The position numbers were made by a program, and so were the translations under genes. Below are positions 48,609 through 60,242 of a stretch of DNA of 60,242 nucleotides, piece after piece. This DNA is from Sphaerodactylus townsendi (taxonomy: Eukaryota), in NCBI RefSeq assembly GCF_021028975.2, contig NC_059439.1:20336001-20396242 (forward strand), written 5' to 3'. The first letter of the stretch is position 1; each line of letters opens with the position of its first letter. The notes below the pieces were generated by a model. It had not been told where the DNA came from. It saw only the letters and a program-made list of their open reading frames with translations, and ran no database searches.

Positions 48609-48808
48609 CAGGGGTCTGCAACCTGAGGCTCTCCAGATGTTCACGGACTACAATTCCCATCATCCCCTGCCACCATGGCCAATTGGCCACTGAAATTTTC
48701 TCCTCCCTCTAATCCCTCCACCCCCACACTCCAATTGACCATGGTGGCAGGGGATGATGGGAATTGTAGTCCATGAACATCTGGAGAGCTTCAGGTTGCA
48801 GACCCCTG
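48609..48808. mobile_element. hAT (Charlie-like) palindromic MITE with a central insert
   Basis: Related to the 15718 element; TSD TTCT(A/G)GTC. Confidence 0.85.
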
Positions 48809-49441
48809 TTCTGGTCTCTCTCTCTAGCATTACTAGCCTTCCCCTCACCCTCCCTATGCATGGGAGGTCTCTCTGTCCATTAGCTTTACCTGCTGTGGGG
48901 GTTATGTCATCTATACAGTTTCATAGCAACAAACATATCCTTAATGGTGCGTAAATATGTACTAATTGCCATAGTAACAATGGGGGGGGGGCATAGGAAA
49001 TTTTCTGTCCACTCATGTTCTATGCTGCTGAGAGTCACCACCAGCCCCCAAAACAACAAATGAAAACAAATTGCATGGGTTTGCTTGACTTTCATGGGGC
49101 TTCAAGATGAACAGGGCCACTGGAATTTTCTCCTCCCTCTAATCCCTCCACCCCCCCACCCCCCCACTCTCCGTGGTCCTGCTGTTCCTAAACCAACTTC
49201 TACTTTTTTTAAAAAAACCACTAATTTTAAGAAATTATTCATATGTGTAACTTGTGAAGAAGATGACCTCAAAATATTTGATTTAAAAAAAAATCAAAAC
49301 TGTTCTTTTCATAGAATTTTTTGAATGTCCACATTGCATTTTTATAGGAATTTTTATGCACTATAAAGACAAAAACAAAACACCACACACACACATAAAA
49401 ATCAGCAGCATAACACACGCACGCACGCACGCGCGTGCTCA

Positions 49442-49444
<3 letters not shown>

Positions 49445-49490
<46 letters not shown>
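49445..49490. repeat. (AC)n microsatellite
   Basis: Direct inspection. Confidence 0.95.
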
Positions 49491-49491
<1 letters not shown>

Positions 49492-49611
49492 GGTCTAGCC
49501 TTATCTATTTATTTAGTGCATTGTTATCCTACTGTTCTTCCATGGAACTGACAGAGACACACATTGTTCTTTTTTTCTTATATTTTATGCTCAGAACAAC
49601 CCTGGAAGTTA

Positions 49612-49663
<52 letters not shown>

Positions 49664-49999
49664 GGGGGGGAGAGGGGGGGCTTATGGGTTAACTCAAAAA
49701 GAGTTTTCCCTAACAAAATTAGAAGTGTTTGTCATCCAGGGGAGCTGATTTCTGTCATCTGGAGATGAGTTGTAATTCCAGAAGATTTCCAGGACCCACC
49801 TGGAGGTTAGCAATCCCAGCTCCTAGCCACACCATAAAATATCAAAATTATAATCTCGGCCTTCCTGTCATCCAAAATTGTGCTCCACCTTAATTCAAGA
49901 ACTGCAGCATACTTCAAATATTCCTTTTATGTTAACTCTGACTGTTTAATTGCTTCCTTATTTCGTAACAAACGTGGGTTCAGCTGCCAGTCTTTAAAA

Positions 50000-51099
50000 C
50001 AGTGACGTAGGTATAGATATTTTTATGGAGGGGGTTTGAAGGTGGGGCCATGACCCCATGCATCACCAAGCCCCACCCCTGGCTGCAGTGCTTATAAAAG
50101 TAGCTATCCAAGGCTAGAGACGGCAGACTCCCCTGCCCTGCCCACCCCCCCCCCAGCAGCTGGGCTCCCAGCTGGCAGCCAGCAGTCCCTTCTGCCCTCC
50201 CCTCTGGGAAGAGGTGTAGCTAGGGAAAATGGAGCCCGGTGCAAAATCTGAGTTTTGGGGGGGGGGCCTCCAATGGGCGGTCACTGTGATGCTGGAATCC
50301 ACCCCCAAACAGCATCACCTTCAATGGTGTTTAAACTAGGGAGCCCAGATTCTCCTTTTAAATCCATCTTAAAGGGAGAATCTGGGGTCCGCAGTTAAAA
50401 CAACATTGAAAGTGATGCTTTTTTGGGGTGGATTCTCCCTCACCCTGAAACAGCGTCACTTTCAATGTTTAAACTGGGGACCTCAGATTCTCCCTTTCAA
50501 TCCATGCTGAAGGGGGTGGATTTAAAAAGAGAATCTGGAGAAATGTTGGGGGTTGCCTGCTGTCAGGGGTGCAATTCTAATCCAATCCAATCCAATCCAA
50601 AAACCTTTATTAGGCATAAAACTAGAAGTACCATACATTCCAAGTACAATAACAGGATCATTGTTACACATTATGTAGAAAATGGATTAAAAAAAGTGGC
50701 GGGTGCAATTGTTAAGCTAGCAAAACCAAACTTTCAGGGTATCTTTAGGAGACTCTCCTGATGATATCACCCCAGTTTGGTGAAGTTTGGTTTGGACCCC
50801 CAAATGTGTAGCTCCCATCTCCTATTAGCTCCCATTGGAAACAATGGGGGATGGGGCACCCCCTTGGAAAGTTCATAACTTTGGACCCCCTGACCCAAAC
50901 CTCACCAAACCTGGGTGGTATCATCAGGAGAGTCTCCCAACAAATCCCTAAAATGTTGGTGCTGCTAACCTCAAACCTCACCCCCTGCAGGCCATAAACC
51001 AAAAAACATGTAAAAACACAAAAAACCACAAACGGGGGTGGAGCTTTGGACATGTAATGGGGGGGTTGAACCCGAGAACCCCCCTTACCTATGTCCTTG
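50000..51099. mobile_element. Non-autonomous hAT element with internal repeat arrays
   Basis: TIR CAGTGACGTAGGTA / CAAGGACATAGGTA, TSD CTTTA(A/C)AA. Confidence 0.75.
50577..50700 (-). mobile_element. Short 3' end of the same (GGATT)n-tailed LINE, nested in a hAT element
   Basis: Matches 21141-21260; TSD GGGTGCAATT. Confidence 0.8.
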
Positions 51100-51192
51100 C
51101 TTTACAACCTTCTTTTCCTTGCAGTCTCTATTGAATAACAATAGGAACACAATCCACAAGCTTCATTGAATCACTCTCTATTTTCTGTCTTT

Positions 51193-51491
51193 GAGAGCCA
51201 GCATGGTATAGTGGTTAAGAACAGGTGGATTTTAATATGGAGAACTGAGTTTGATTCCCTACTCCTCCACTTGAGTGGTGGAGGCTTATCTGGTGGATCA
51301 GATGTGTTTCCGTGCTCCTACAGTCCTGCTGGGTGACCTTGGGCTAGTCACAGTTCATTCAAAACTCTCTCAGTCCCACCTACTTTACAAGATGTATGTT
51401 GTGGGGAGAAGGGAAAGGAGCTTGTAAGCCACCTTGAGTCTCCTTACAGGAGAGAAAGGTGGGATATAAAACCAAACTCTTATTATTATTA
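51193..51491 (+). mobile_element. Squam3-like SINE, full length with (ATT)n tail
   Basis: Family signature. Confidence 0.85.
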
Positions 51492-52382
51492 TACTTTGAA
51501 GTACCTCCATTGGTAATGCTGGAAAAAAATCCATTCTTGAGGGGGAGCAAAAAATGGCTTGCTAGGAAGAACTGTCAAGTCACAGTCAACTTATGGCACC
51601 CCCACTGGGTTTTCAAGGCAAGTGACCATCAGAGGAAATTTGCCATTGCCTGTCTGTGTAGCAACCGTGAACTCAGCAGGAATGTGATACCATAGAGTCC
51701 ACCTTCCGAAGCTGCTATTTGCTCCAAGACAGCTAATTCTTGAAGTCTGGAGATCACCTGTAATTTCAGGAGTGTACCTTGTAGTTGTCAACCCGAACTC
51801 ATACTATTAAATACAATGCAGAGTTGCTGCATTTACACATATTTATAATTTTATTTTCTGCTTCTGGGATAGTGTACTAGTCTGAATTATGTTAGATGGA
51901 TAGTGGGGGAGCGCATATCATCAGTAAGGCTCTTCCTTGTATGTAGATTATAATTTCATGTCTGGATGGAAAAGCTGGCGACAAGATTCTGAGCAAATAA
52001 TGGGATGTGGTAAGAGAGGTAAGAAGGAAAGTATGGAACTTCACTACCCCTACACAGGCAGGGAACCAAATCACATTTTACAGTCTTTCGGGATCTGTGA
52101 GGATCATTGGATCTGTGGTGCGGTGAGTTCGGGAGGGGGGAAAACCTGTGTGTAACAGAAAATCTGCACTGAAGGGAATGTACATTTGCTATGGGGCAGG
52201 CCACTAATACATAACAGACTATAATCCTCTGCCTTCTCACCCCTTTCTCATGCCTTTTTTCAGCAGAGGTGTACCAGCCAGGATTGAAGCCCCCAAACTG
52301 TGGCAAAATATGCCATTTGGCTCCGAGTCCGCCATCCAAATCCTTGGCTAGAGCTCTCTTAGACATTTTTCCTATATCTATT

Positions 52383-52523
52383 GGCTCATTCCGCACATAC
52401 AGAATAATGCACTTTCAAACTGTTTTCAGTGCTCTTTAAAGCTGTGTGGAATAACAAAATCCACTTGCAAACAGTTGTGAAAGTGGTTTGAAAACGCATT
52501 ATTTTGCGTGTGCGGAAGGGGCC
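52383..52523. mobile_element. Harbinger-like MITE
   Basis: Same family. Confidence 0.8.
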
Positions 52524-52861
52524 TATAGTTTCTATATTCAGAATCGTTTCTATGTTCAAAATATCTGGCTTTCCATTAAAAACGTCCCATAGCAAGCCAT
52601 AGATTTCTGTGCATGGTGCCCATGTAAAAATATGCTCCTGACACATCCACTTCCTGTGTCTCTCTGTTTGACATGTGCAATTTTTTCCTTTATGAACATT
52701 TGTCTCAACTGTGAGGAAGGATGCAAATTTATGATTTCTCTATTTGCATTCTCCAGGACTCCTGGAGACTCCTGTTTCTTTCCTGACTACTGAAGCCTGT
52801 ACACAGCCTGTGTCAGCAGCCTGTATTAATGGGAGAACAGGAGGAGAAAATGGGAGAACAG

Positions 52862-53370
52862 GAGCAGCAGTGGTGTACTGGCTAAGAGCAGTGGCTAAGA
52901 GCAGGTGCACTCTGATCTGGAGGAACCGGGTTTGATTCCCAGCTCTGCCGCTTGAGTTGTGGAGGCTTATCTGGGGAATTCAGATTAACCTGTACACTCT
53001 CACACATGCCAGCTGGGTGACCTTGGGCTAGTCACAGCTCTATGGCGCTCTCTCAGCCCCACCCAGCTCACAGGGTGTTTGTTGTGAGGGGGGAAGGGCA
53101 AGGAGATTGTAAGCCCCTTTGAGTCTCCTGCAGGAGAGAAAAGGGNNNNNNNNNNNNNNNNNNNNNNNNNNNNNNNNNNNNNNNNNNNNNNNNNNNNNNN
53201 NNNNNNNNNNNNNNNNNNNNNNNNNNNNNNNNNNNNNNNNNNNNNNNNNNNNNNNNNNNNNNNNNNNNNNNNNNNNNNNNNNNNNNNNNGGTGTGGGGGG
53301 GGGGGGGGGTGGGGGGTCTTCTTCTTCTTCTTCTTCTTCTTCTTCTTCTTTTTCTTCTTCTTTTTCTTCT
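52862..53370 (+). mobile_element. Squam3-like SINE variant spanning an assembly gap, with (CTT)n tail
   Basis: Head and body at 52862-53145, (CTT)n at 53318-53370. Confidence 0.75.
53146..53289. other. Assembly gap (N run)
   Basis: Run of N, adjacent to a SINE 3' tail. Confidence 0.99.
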
Positions 53371-53423
53371 TCCTTTAATTGACTAATGGTATTCAAACTC
53401 TATTTCAGAATGATATTTGCCAG

Positions 53424-54371
53424 CAAACAGAAACTGGGGGAAATGAGTCGAGCCCTATTTCATTCATCCTTCTAGGATTTGGGAATCACCTTGAACTACG
53501 AATTATCCTCTTTATGCTATTCTTAACCATCTATGTTTTGGCTCTTATGGGAAACCTTCTAATTGTTCTACTAGTTGCAGCTGACGAACACCTTCATACT
53601 CCCATGTATTTCTTCCTCATGAATTTGTCCTGCTTAGAGACGTGCTACAGTTCAACCATTCTGCCCAGGATGCTGACCAGTTTCCTAACTGGCGACAGAT
53701 CCATATCTGTTGGGGGCTGCATCACACAATGTTATTTCTTTGGTATCTTTGCAGCCACTGAATGTTACCTTCTGGCCATGATGTCTTACGATCGTTATTT
53801 GGCAATCTGCAAACCTCTCCATTATACATCTCTTATGACTCGGAGGCTCTGCATGCAACTAGCGTCTACATCTTGGTTGAGTGGCTTCCTTACCAACACT
53901 ATTATAACCTCCTTTATGTTACAGTTAACATTTTGCGGACCCAACAAGATTGACCACTTCTTTTGTGACATCTACCCTGTCTCAAACCTCTCCTGCAGCA
54001 ATCCTTATTTTGTGAAACTTGCAACTTTCATTCTTGGCCTGATAGGAACGGCTCTTCCTTTTGGGTCAACCCTGACTTCCTATATCTGCATTATTCTCAC
54101 CATCTTGAACATTCAGTCCAAAAGTGCCCAGAAGAAGGCTTTCTCCACTTGCTCTTCCCATCTCGTTGTTGTGACCCTCTTCTACGGGTCGATATTCCTT
54201 GTCTATATTGTGCCTGAAACAGTATCTCTGAAGGAGCTTCACAAAACTTTTTCTCTGTTATACACAGTTCTGACTCCGATGCTCAACCCGCTCATTTATA
54301 GCTTGAGAAACCGAGAGGTGAAGGAAGCTCTTTGCAGATGTATCAGGAAATTTAGCAACAGAGTTTCCTAA
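53424..54371 (+). CDS. Olfactory receptor OR8 main coding exon (no in-frame ATG before TM1)
   Basis: OR motifs intact; ORF track start is TTG; branch-like gactaat at 53381 and phase-0 acceptor candidates at 53407-53408 and 53422-53423. Confidence 0.88.
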   Translation, partial: QTETGGNESSPISFILLGFGNHLELRIILFMLFLTIYVLALMGNLLIVLLVAADEHLHTPMYFFLMNLSCLETCYSSTILPRMLTSFLTGDRSISVGGCITQCYFFGIFAATECYLLAMMSYDRYLAICKPLHYTSLMTRRLCMQLASTSWLSGFLTNTIITSFMLQLTFCGPNKIDHFFCDIYPVSNLSCSNPYFVKLATFILGLIGTALPFGSTLTSYICIILTILNIQSKSAQKKAFSTCSSHLVVVTLFYGSIFLVYIVPETVSLKELHKTFSLLYTVLTPMLNPLIYSLRNREVKEALCRCIRKFSNRVS

Positions 54372-54897
54372 TGTCAGGATGTCAAGAAGGATCAAATGAA
54401 GTGTTGAGAAAGGACTTGTTACCTAGAAATTACTGATCCTTCTCAGGGCAAATTACTAACTTGTGTTGTGTATAACAGAATGTGTGCCATGCTCATTTAT
54501 CAGGCAAAAATAATAATAATAATTCCCATACCAGATAGGGGATCTCTCACTTTTTAATTGATTTTTTTCCATCTTGACATAAATAAAAATTAAAATGCTG
54601 ACTTGAATTTTCTTTCAAGGAGGCTTATTACATCACTATTTACCCCATCCTGTGAATAACACATCTGTCAAAAAGTCACCACTAGAAAGTATTGTATATA
54701 CTAGTTTGGAAGATCCTCTTTATTGAAGAAGTCAGAATTGGATTAAAGTTATCGTCATTGTTTTCATTCTCATTGTTTTCATCGTCATTGTTTTCATTCT
54801 CATTCTACCTTATAGTTTTCTACTATGTAAATTCATTAAAGGATTTCATTCTCTCTGTGTGTTTAACCTAATATACCTGAGCAATTTTTTTGGTCAA

Positions 54898-54902
<5 letters not shown>

Positions 54903-54937
<35 letters not shown>
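54903..54937. repeat. (TG)n microsatellite
   Basis: Direct inspection. Confidence 0.95.
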
Positions 54938-54939
<2 letters not shown>

Positions 54940-55832
54940 ATGTATATATCTCTCTCTCTGTGTGTGTAGGGATATGAGCCCTCTGGGGGTAGGGCGGTTT
55001 ACCAAGTTGAATGAATGAATGAATGAATAAATAAATAAAAATAAAAAATAAAAATATATATCCCTAAAAAAGATGCTGGTTCTCAGTACTGTTGAGTACT
55101 GTCCCCCCCCCTCAGACCCTGTACACCTGAAATGTAATATGTGGATTTCTTCAATAAATCATAAGAAATAGAATATTGACGATAATGATTATCTAGAAAA
55201 CCTTCCTCAGTGGCTCTATGTAGATGTCAAACAATTCAAGGGAGAAGACCGTATTAATCAATACTTCAAAATGAAAAAAAAACCCACCAAAAACAAGGAA
55301 AAATATATATAAAAAGACAGAGAATTCCACATTTTACTCATGGATCATATAATGCAAAGGACTAGCTTGGTACATGAAGGCGAGGATAGGTACCGTAATA
55401 TCTGTTTTGACTTTCGTTGCTGTCCCATTTCTTATCTCCCTTTTTACGCCTTTAGCCACTGAAGTACTGAGGTTCATATTGCTCAAGATTTTTGTATGGG
55501 TGTTGGAATGTGGCCTTTTTACTATTGTGGACACTAACATACTGGAACATTACTTTGTTTTGGTGCGCTAACCTCTGTTCCCCCTAATAAACTTGATTAC
55601 TCTACTGTTTATAGTTTCAAACACCAGTGAAGCAAAACTCCCTGTTTTCAACTTCAACATGTTTATTTAATGGGGGTAGCAAAAAGAGCCGTGGGTTGAA
55701 GGGTTTAAAATCTTGAGTTCAGTTCAAGCCATAATAATTTACAACTCTCAATGTTCAGTACTGGTTCCGATGCCAAGTTTGTAGCATGTTTTGATGACCA
55801 CCAATTCTGAACCATTTGAGACATATATCAAA

Positions 55833-56362
55833 GGCCGTTTTCGCATGGGCGGAATATGGCGGCCTGGGGACGGCAAAAACGCTGTCCCCAGGCCGCCATT
55901 CGCACAGGGGGCGCAGCTGCATCGCAGCCGCACCGCCCTCGTGCCGCCCTCGCGCCGCCCTCGCGAAGCCGGCGTTTCCCCAGAGCGCTCCGAAGTGCTC
56001 TTTTTGGGGAAACGCTGCCTCGAAGCCGCTGCCGAGCCAACGGCAGCGGCTTCGAGACGCCTCCCCCACCCTCCTCGCACCCGGCACTTACCTTGTCCCC
56101 GGTCCTCCGGCACGTCGCTGAGGCCTGGGGACACGCCCCCTGCCCTGCGCCGCTGGAGCAGGCGCGCAGGGCTAGGGGGCGTGTCCCCAGGCCTCGGCGA
56201 CGTGCCGGAGGCCTGGGGACACGCTGGGTCGGCCGGGTGCCGGTGCTCCATGGCGCCGGCTGCCTGGCTCTTTCCAGGACCGTCCGTGCAGATGGTCCCA
56301 GCGTCGTCGGGTCGGCGCGAAATGCGCGACCTAGCCGCTTCCGCCTCCGTGCGGAAATGGCC
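55833..56362. mobile_element. GC-rich non-autonomous Harbinger-like transposon
   Basis: TIR GGCCRTTTYCGCA, AAA flanks; left end matches the right end of the 36211 element inverted. Confidence 0.75.
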
Positions 56363-56570
56363 AAATACATTATCACAGTTGTGTATAACTTGTGACCTCT
56401 CAAGCTGAAGGGCAGAGCATCATCCCTCATTTTTGCAGTCTTTGGTTGAAAGGGGAGCTGTTCCTTGAATGACTTCTTTGTGTTGCCAGGTCTGGATTAT
56501 TGCAAATGTGAAGTAATGTTGCAAATGCTTACGATTGCTCTTGGTTCTAACCTTCAAGGCCATTACTTTC

Positions 56571-56913
56571 ACCCTGACCTGAATAGCTTCAAGTTAGCCT
56601 GCTCTGGTCAGATCTCAGAAGTTAAGCAGGGTCAACTTTGGTAAGAATTTGGATGGTCAACCTCCAAGGAATGCCATGATTATGATAGAGAAGCATTAAA
56701 TGGCAAACCACCTCTGGATGTCTCCTGCTCCTACACATGAAGCCTGCTGGGTGACCTTGACCTAGTCACAGTTCTCTCAGAACTCTCTCAGCCCCACCTA
56801 CCTCAAAAGGTTTCTGTTGTGGGGAGAGGAAAGGAAAGGAAAGGAGTTTGTAAGCTGCCTTGAGTTTCTTTACAGGACAGAAAGGCAGGGTATAAATCCA
56901 AATTTTTCTTCTT
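56571..56913 (+). mobile_element. 5S rRNA-derived SINE head joined to the 3' part of a Squam3-like SINE
   Basis: gtcagatctcagaagttaagcagggtc is 5S-like, followed by ggcaaaccacctctg; Squam3-like body from about 56727. Confidence 0.65.
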
Positions 56914-56915
56914 TT

Positions 56916-57082
56916 GTATTGTTGAAGGCTTTCATGGCCGGAATCACTGGGGTGCTATGTGGTTTCCAGGCTGTATGGCCGTGTTCTAGCAGCATTCTCT
57001 CCTGACGTTTCGCCTGCATCTGTGGCTGGCATCTTCAGATGCCAGAGGATCTTCAGAGGATCTGATGGATTCTTCAGAGGAT
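56916..57082 (-). mobile_element. Penelope-like fragment with hammerhead at about 57001-57040
   Basis: Same family; repeated tcttcagagga at the junction. Confidence 0.75.
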
Positions 57083-58801
57083 TTTTCTTTTTCTGGCATG
57101 TTTTTCACGCAGCATTTGAGCAGTGTGTCGCGTGCAGTTGCAATTTATGATGGATCTCCAAACATAGATCTCAGTTTCCTTGTATCTTTGTCCTGCAAAG
57201 TAATTTCTTCCATCTAGTTTATGATTAATCTTCATTGTGAAAGCACATGCATATAAAAGTATATTATTATTGGAGGTAACTTTTATTACAGAACATTGGG
57301 GAAATCTAGCCTAACAAAAACATTGGATGCACACAGGTTTCACTCATAAAAGTTTATGATGGAATAAATTTGGTTAATGTATCAGATGCTGTTAAATTCT
57401 TATTTTTTACCCGCCTGCTACAGACTCGGGTATTTTCCACACACTGGAGTTACTCCTAATTTTCTTGAGTGTTAGAATCAGCATTAAAATTCCATGCGCA
57501 TTAGAATCAGTTTGGGCTGCATTCTTCCACACGTCTGCCCTCATGTGCATTTTTACAGTTGTCGAGCCAGTTTGTTTTCTATTGCACATAGATTAAATAA
57601 TAAGGGTTTTCAAGGAAGGGTGCTGATGTCACTAGTGTCATTATTGGTGGCATCAGATCACTCCCTTGTTTGTTTTTTTTAAATGGTTCCAGAATAGTAG
57701 TGTAATGGTGCGGTGTTGCTGTAGTTTCAGCAGATTCCAAGAATGTTTTAAAATAACAGTCACTAACACCTTTCATCATATGCCCCTTTTCTTATATTTC
57801 CATGGGGAAGAGGATAGAGACTTACTTTAAAAAAAAGAAAGTTGGGAATTCAGAGAACCTGCTTAAACACTGCAGGATCACATCATTATTTTAGGGGATT
57901 TTTTAATGGAAACTATTTGCCAGAAAAGAAGGAGTGGTTTAACAACGACGACAATCCAGTTATTGAAAAGTGAACTGGATGTGGGTAAAACAAAGAAAAA
58001 TGATAAAAAATTCACTGGGAAAAGTGGTCTCACAAGAACTGGAGAACACGGGGGAAGGAAGGGGACAAAAACTGAAGTAAAAATTAAAAGTATAAAATAG
58101 CATGCAGAAATCAGAAAATAAACAAAAATAGTACAGAGTCCAAGTTGACATACACAAAAAGATTTAAAATGTGAAAAAGCTCTAACACAGTTACATGTGG
58201 AATTTTCTTAAAACTATATTCCTGAAAAGATTTTTATATATCCTATGTATGCTTCGTGTAATGAAGGCATAGTGTGCCTGCCTGCCTAATATAACCTGTT
58301 TATGAAAAAAAACTGAAACCTGATTGAAATGTTTATGTACTTTAGAGCATTGAAACCCCATCTTTCTACTAAAAATACCAGCAGTCACATTACACAATAA
58401 AATAATAAACAGCATATTAAAGAACTATATTTGTCACAGTCTTTAGAACGACAACAGAGCAGTGTCACAATTAAAAAGTAGCCACACCAGTGAGCCATAC
58501 AAGATTATCTTGTATCCCAGAATTTTGGAAGTAAACATGTCTTGAGTCAGTGGGAGGGCAGAAGTGTTAAACTCATTCACAACATGACACAAATCAAGAG
58601 AGTTTCGAAATCAACCACAATAATGAGAAACCAGGATTTTGCCAACAAAACTTCTTTAGAAACAAATCTTACAAAACAACATTGCACAAATAGGAAAAAA
58701 TGTAGATCACATAACAAATGGTAACAAAGCATGATTTATCAGCCTTGTCAGCTTCTTTTGCTGTGCACAACTATTATTGTTGGGTAAAATGCCCTCTGAG
58801 A

Positions 58802-59265
58802 TTTGTTTGTTTATTAAATTTTTAGACCACCCTCCCCTGAAGGGCTCAGTGTGGTGAACAATAATCATTTTTAAAAATCACAATTTGATATACAAATATA
58901 AAAAAGATATACTTAAAAAACAGACTGGTTCAGATGGTAACAGTTTCCCACCCCCTTACCATACCCACGGGAGGCCTAGATGTTCTAGGGATCTACTAAT
59001 CAACCCGGCTGGCCAAACGCCAGGTGGAACAGGTCCATTTTACAAGCCCTGTGGAAACTTTATAAGACCCGCAGGGCCCTGGTCTCTTTGGGGAGAAAAA
59101 GCCGTGGCCCTCATCGAGGCCAGCCGGACATCTTTTGGGCTAGAGGACCTCTAGTAGGTTGTCCTCCGAGGAGCAGAGGGACCTAATGGGGCAATATGGG
59201 GAGATGCAGTCACTGAGGTACGTAGGGCCAAGGCTGCTAATGGTCTTGAAGGTTAGAACCAACAC
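58802..59265 (-). mobile_element. L2-like LINE 3' fragment
   Basis: Similar to the 16658 and 17555 copies. Confidence 0.7.
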
Positions 59266-59274
59266 TTCAAACAA

Positions 59275-60200
59275 TATTTTATTTCGGTCAAAGACCAGAA
59301 AATATCAGATATAAAATATAAAATCCAGATAGTACATTTCCAGACCAGATACAAAATACAACTGAGGTAACCAGTTTCCAAAGACTGTTTGTCCAAACCA
59401 TAATATAAGTTCAAGTTAAAAACTGGAATAAAATTTGAATAAAAGATAAAATCATGGATCCAAAGTTCCTATTTTTATTGCCCTACTTGTCCACACCTTT
59501 TAACCACATAAGCACTGGTGCCACCTCTCTGGTTATATTCAGTTAGCAGCATCTTCTAATGAATGCTTTCCATGGCACAATCCTCAGGGCCAAGAAAAAT
59601 TGATGTTGGAAGAGAGTCAAACAGTTTTGCCCTCATTTCTTTGTGAGTGGGGCATCGTAAAAAAATATGTCTCAGGGTCTCTATTTCCCCCATATCACAT
59701 GGACAAAGCCTGTCGATATAAAGAATTTTTTTATATCTGCCCTCAAGCATTGCTGAGGGAAGAGCATCACATCTAGTGAGTGTGAAAGCCCTCCTAAGTG
59801 ACTGGCTGTCCAAGTTATATAGAGGGAGGGGCCCAAAGTGTATTTAATGTATGGTTTGAGATTAAATTTGGGGAATGCTGTTATATCTTGTTGACAAGCC
59901 ATATCTTGAACTCTCAGCTTGACTGTAGTCTTAGCTGAGGACAAGTCTTGTGTCAAGAGAGCACTAGGTGATATGCCTCTCTTGTGCAGGCCTTCCCTAA
60001 CTTCACACATCCATCTAGGTTGGAAAGAGTCTTGGGCTATTAGGGGCCAAAGTCCTTTAGGGTTTGTATAAACATTAAGCCATTGATAAACTGATAGTAA
60101 GAAAATTCTGTCAGCAACTTTCATTTGACCCGTCTCTAACCTTACAAAGGTATTCGGTACACCAGGCGGAACCTGTAGAATGGCTCTCAAGTATTTACTT
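59275..60200 (-). mobile_element. LINE 3' fragment (RTE-X-like, tentative), frameshifted
   Basis: RAILQVP..PN..RLETG and RRAFTLTR..LPS..RLCPC..HIFLRCP in two frames. Confidence 0.75.
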
Positions 60201-60242
60201 TACTCTTTAATGATATTGTTTGCCACTGTTTTTTGTTGTAAT

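Noticed and set aside
53040-53396. Poly-E and poly-S ORFs spanning Ns
   Set aside because: Produced by the SINE (CTT)n tail and the assembly gap.
55748-56430. Overlapping 100-205 aa ORFs on both strands
   Set aside because: They lie in a GC-rich palindromic transposon with few stop codons and show no recognisable protein motifs.
56571-56670. Possible 5S rRNA gene
   Set aside because: Heavily diverged and continues into a SINE tail, so it is a 5S-derived SINE head.

Overview
This is vertebrate genomic DNA from a squamate reptile, most likely a gecko judging by the SINE and transposon repertoire (inference). It holds a cluster of class II olfactory receptor (OR) genes: 8 apparently intact OR coding exons (3 on +, 4 on -, then 1 on +) and 1 L2-disrupted OR pseudogene fragment. 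The OR1-OR8 labels below are window-local numbers, not gene names. Two recent ~5 kb tandem duplications (about 2860-7895 vs 7900-12420, and about 25400-30530 vs 30535-35900) provide filled and empty sites for many insertions. Intergenic DNA is a mosaic of Squam3-like tRNA SINEs, 5S-derived SINEs, CR1/L2/L1/Rex1/RTE-X-like LINE 3' fragments, hAT, Tc2 and PIF/Harbinger-like non-autonomous transposons, a Helitron, and Penelope-like fragments carrying minimal hammerhead ribozymes. Main observations: (1) five ORs have a pyrimidine-tract CAG splice acceptor at the codon where the other ORs have ATG, suggesting a split-CDS OR subfamily; (2) one duplicate OR has a frameshift rescued by an upstream ATG and a MITE-derived 31-aa C-terminal tail; (3) hammerhead ribozyme motifs occur in a palindromic pair; (4) one internal repeat module is shared by transposons of different superfamilies; (5) there are two short locally templated insertions. 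Repeat family names come from recognising sequence signatures, not from a database search.
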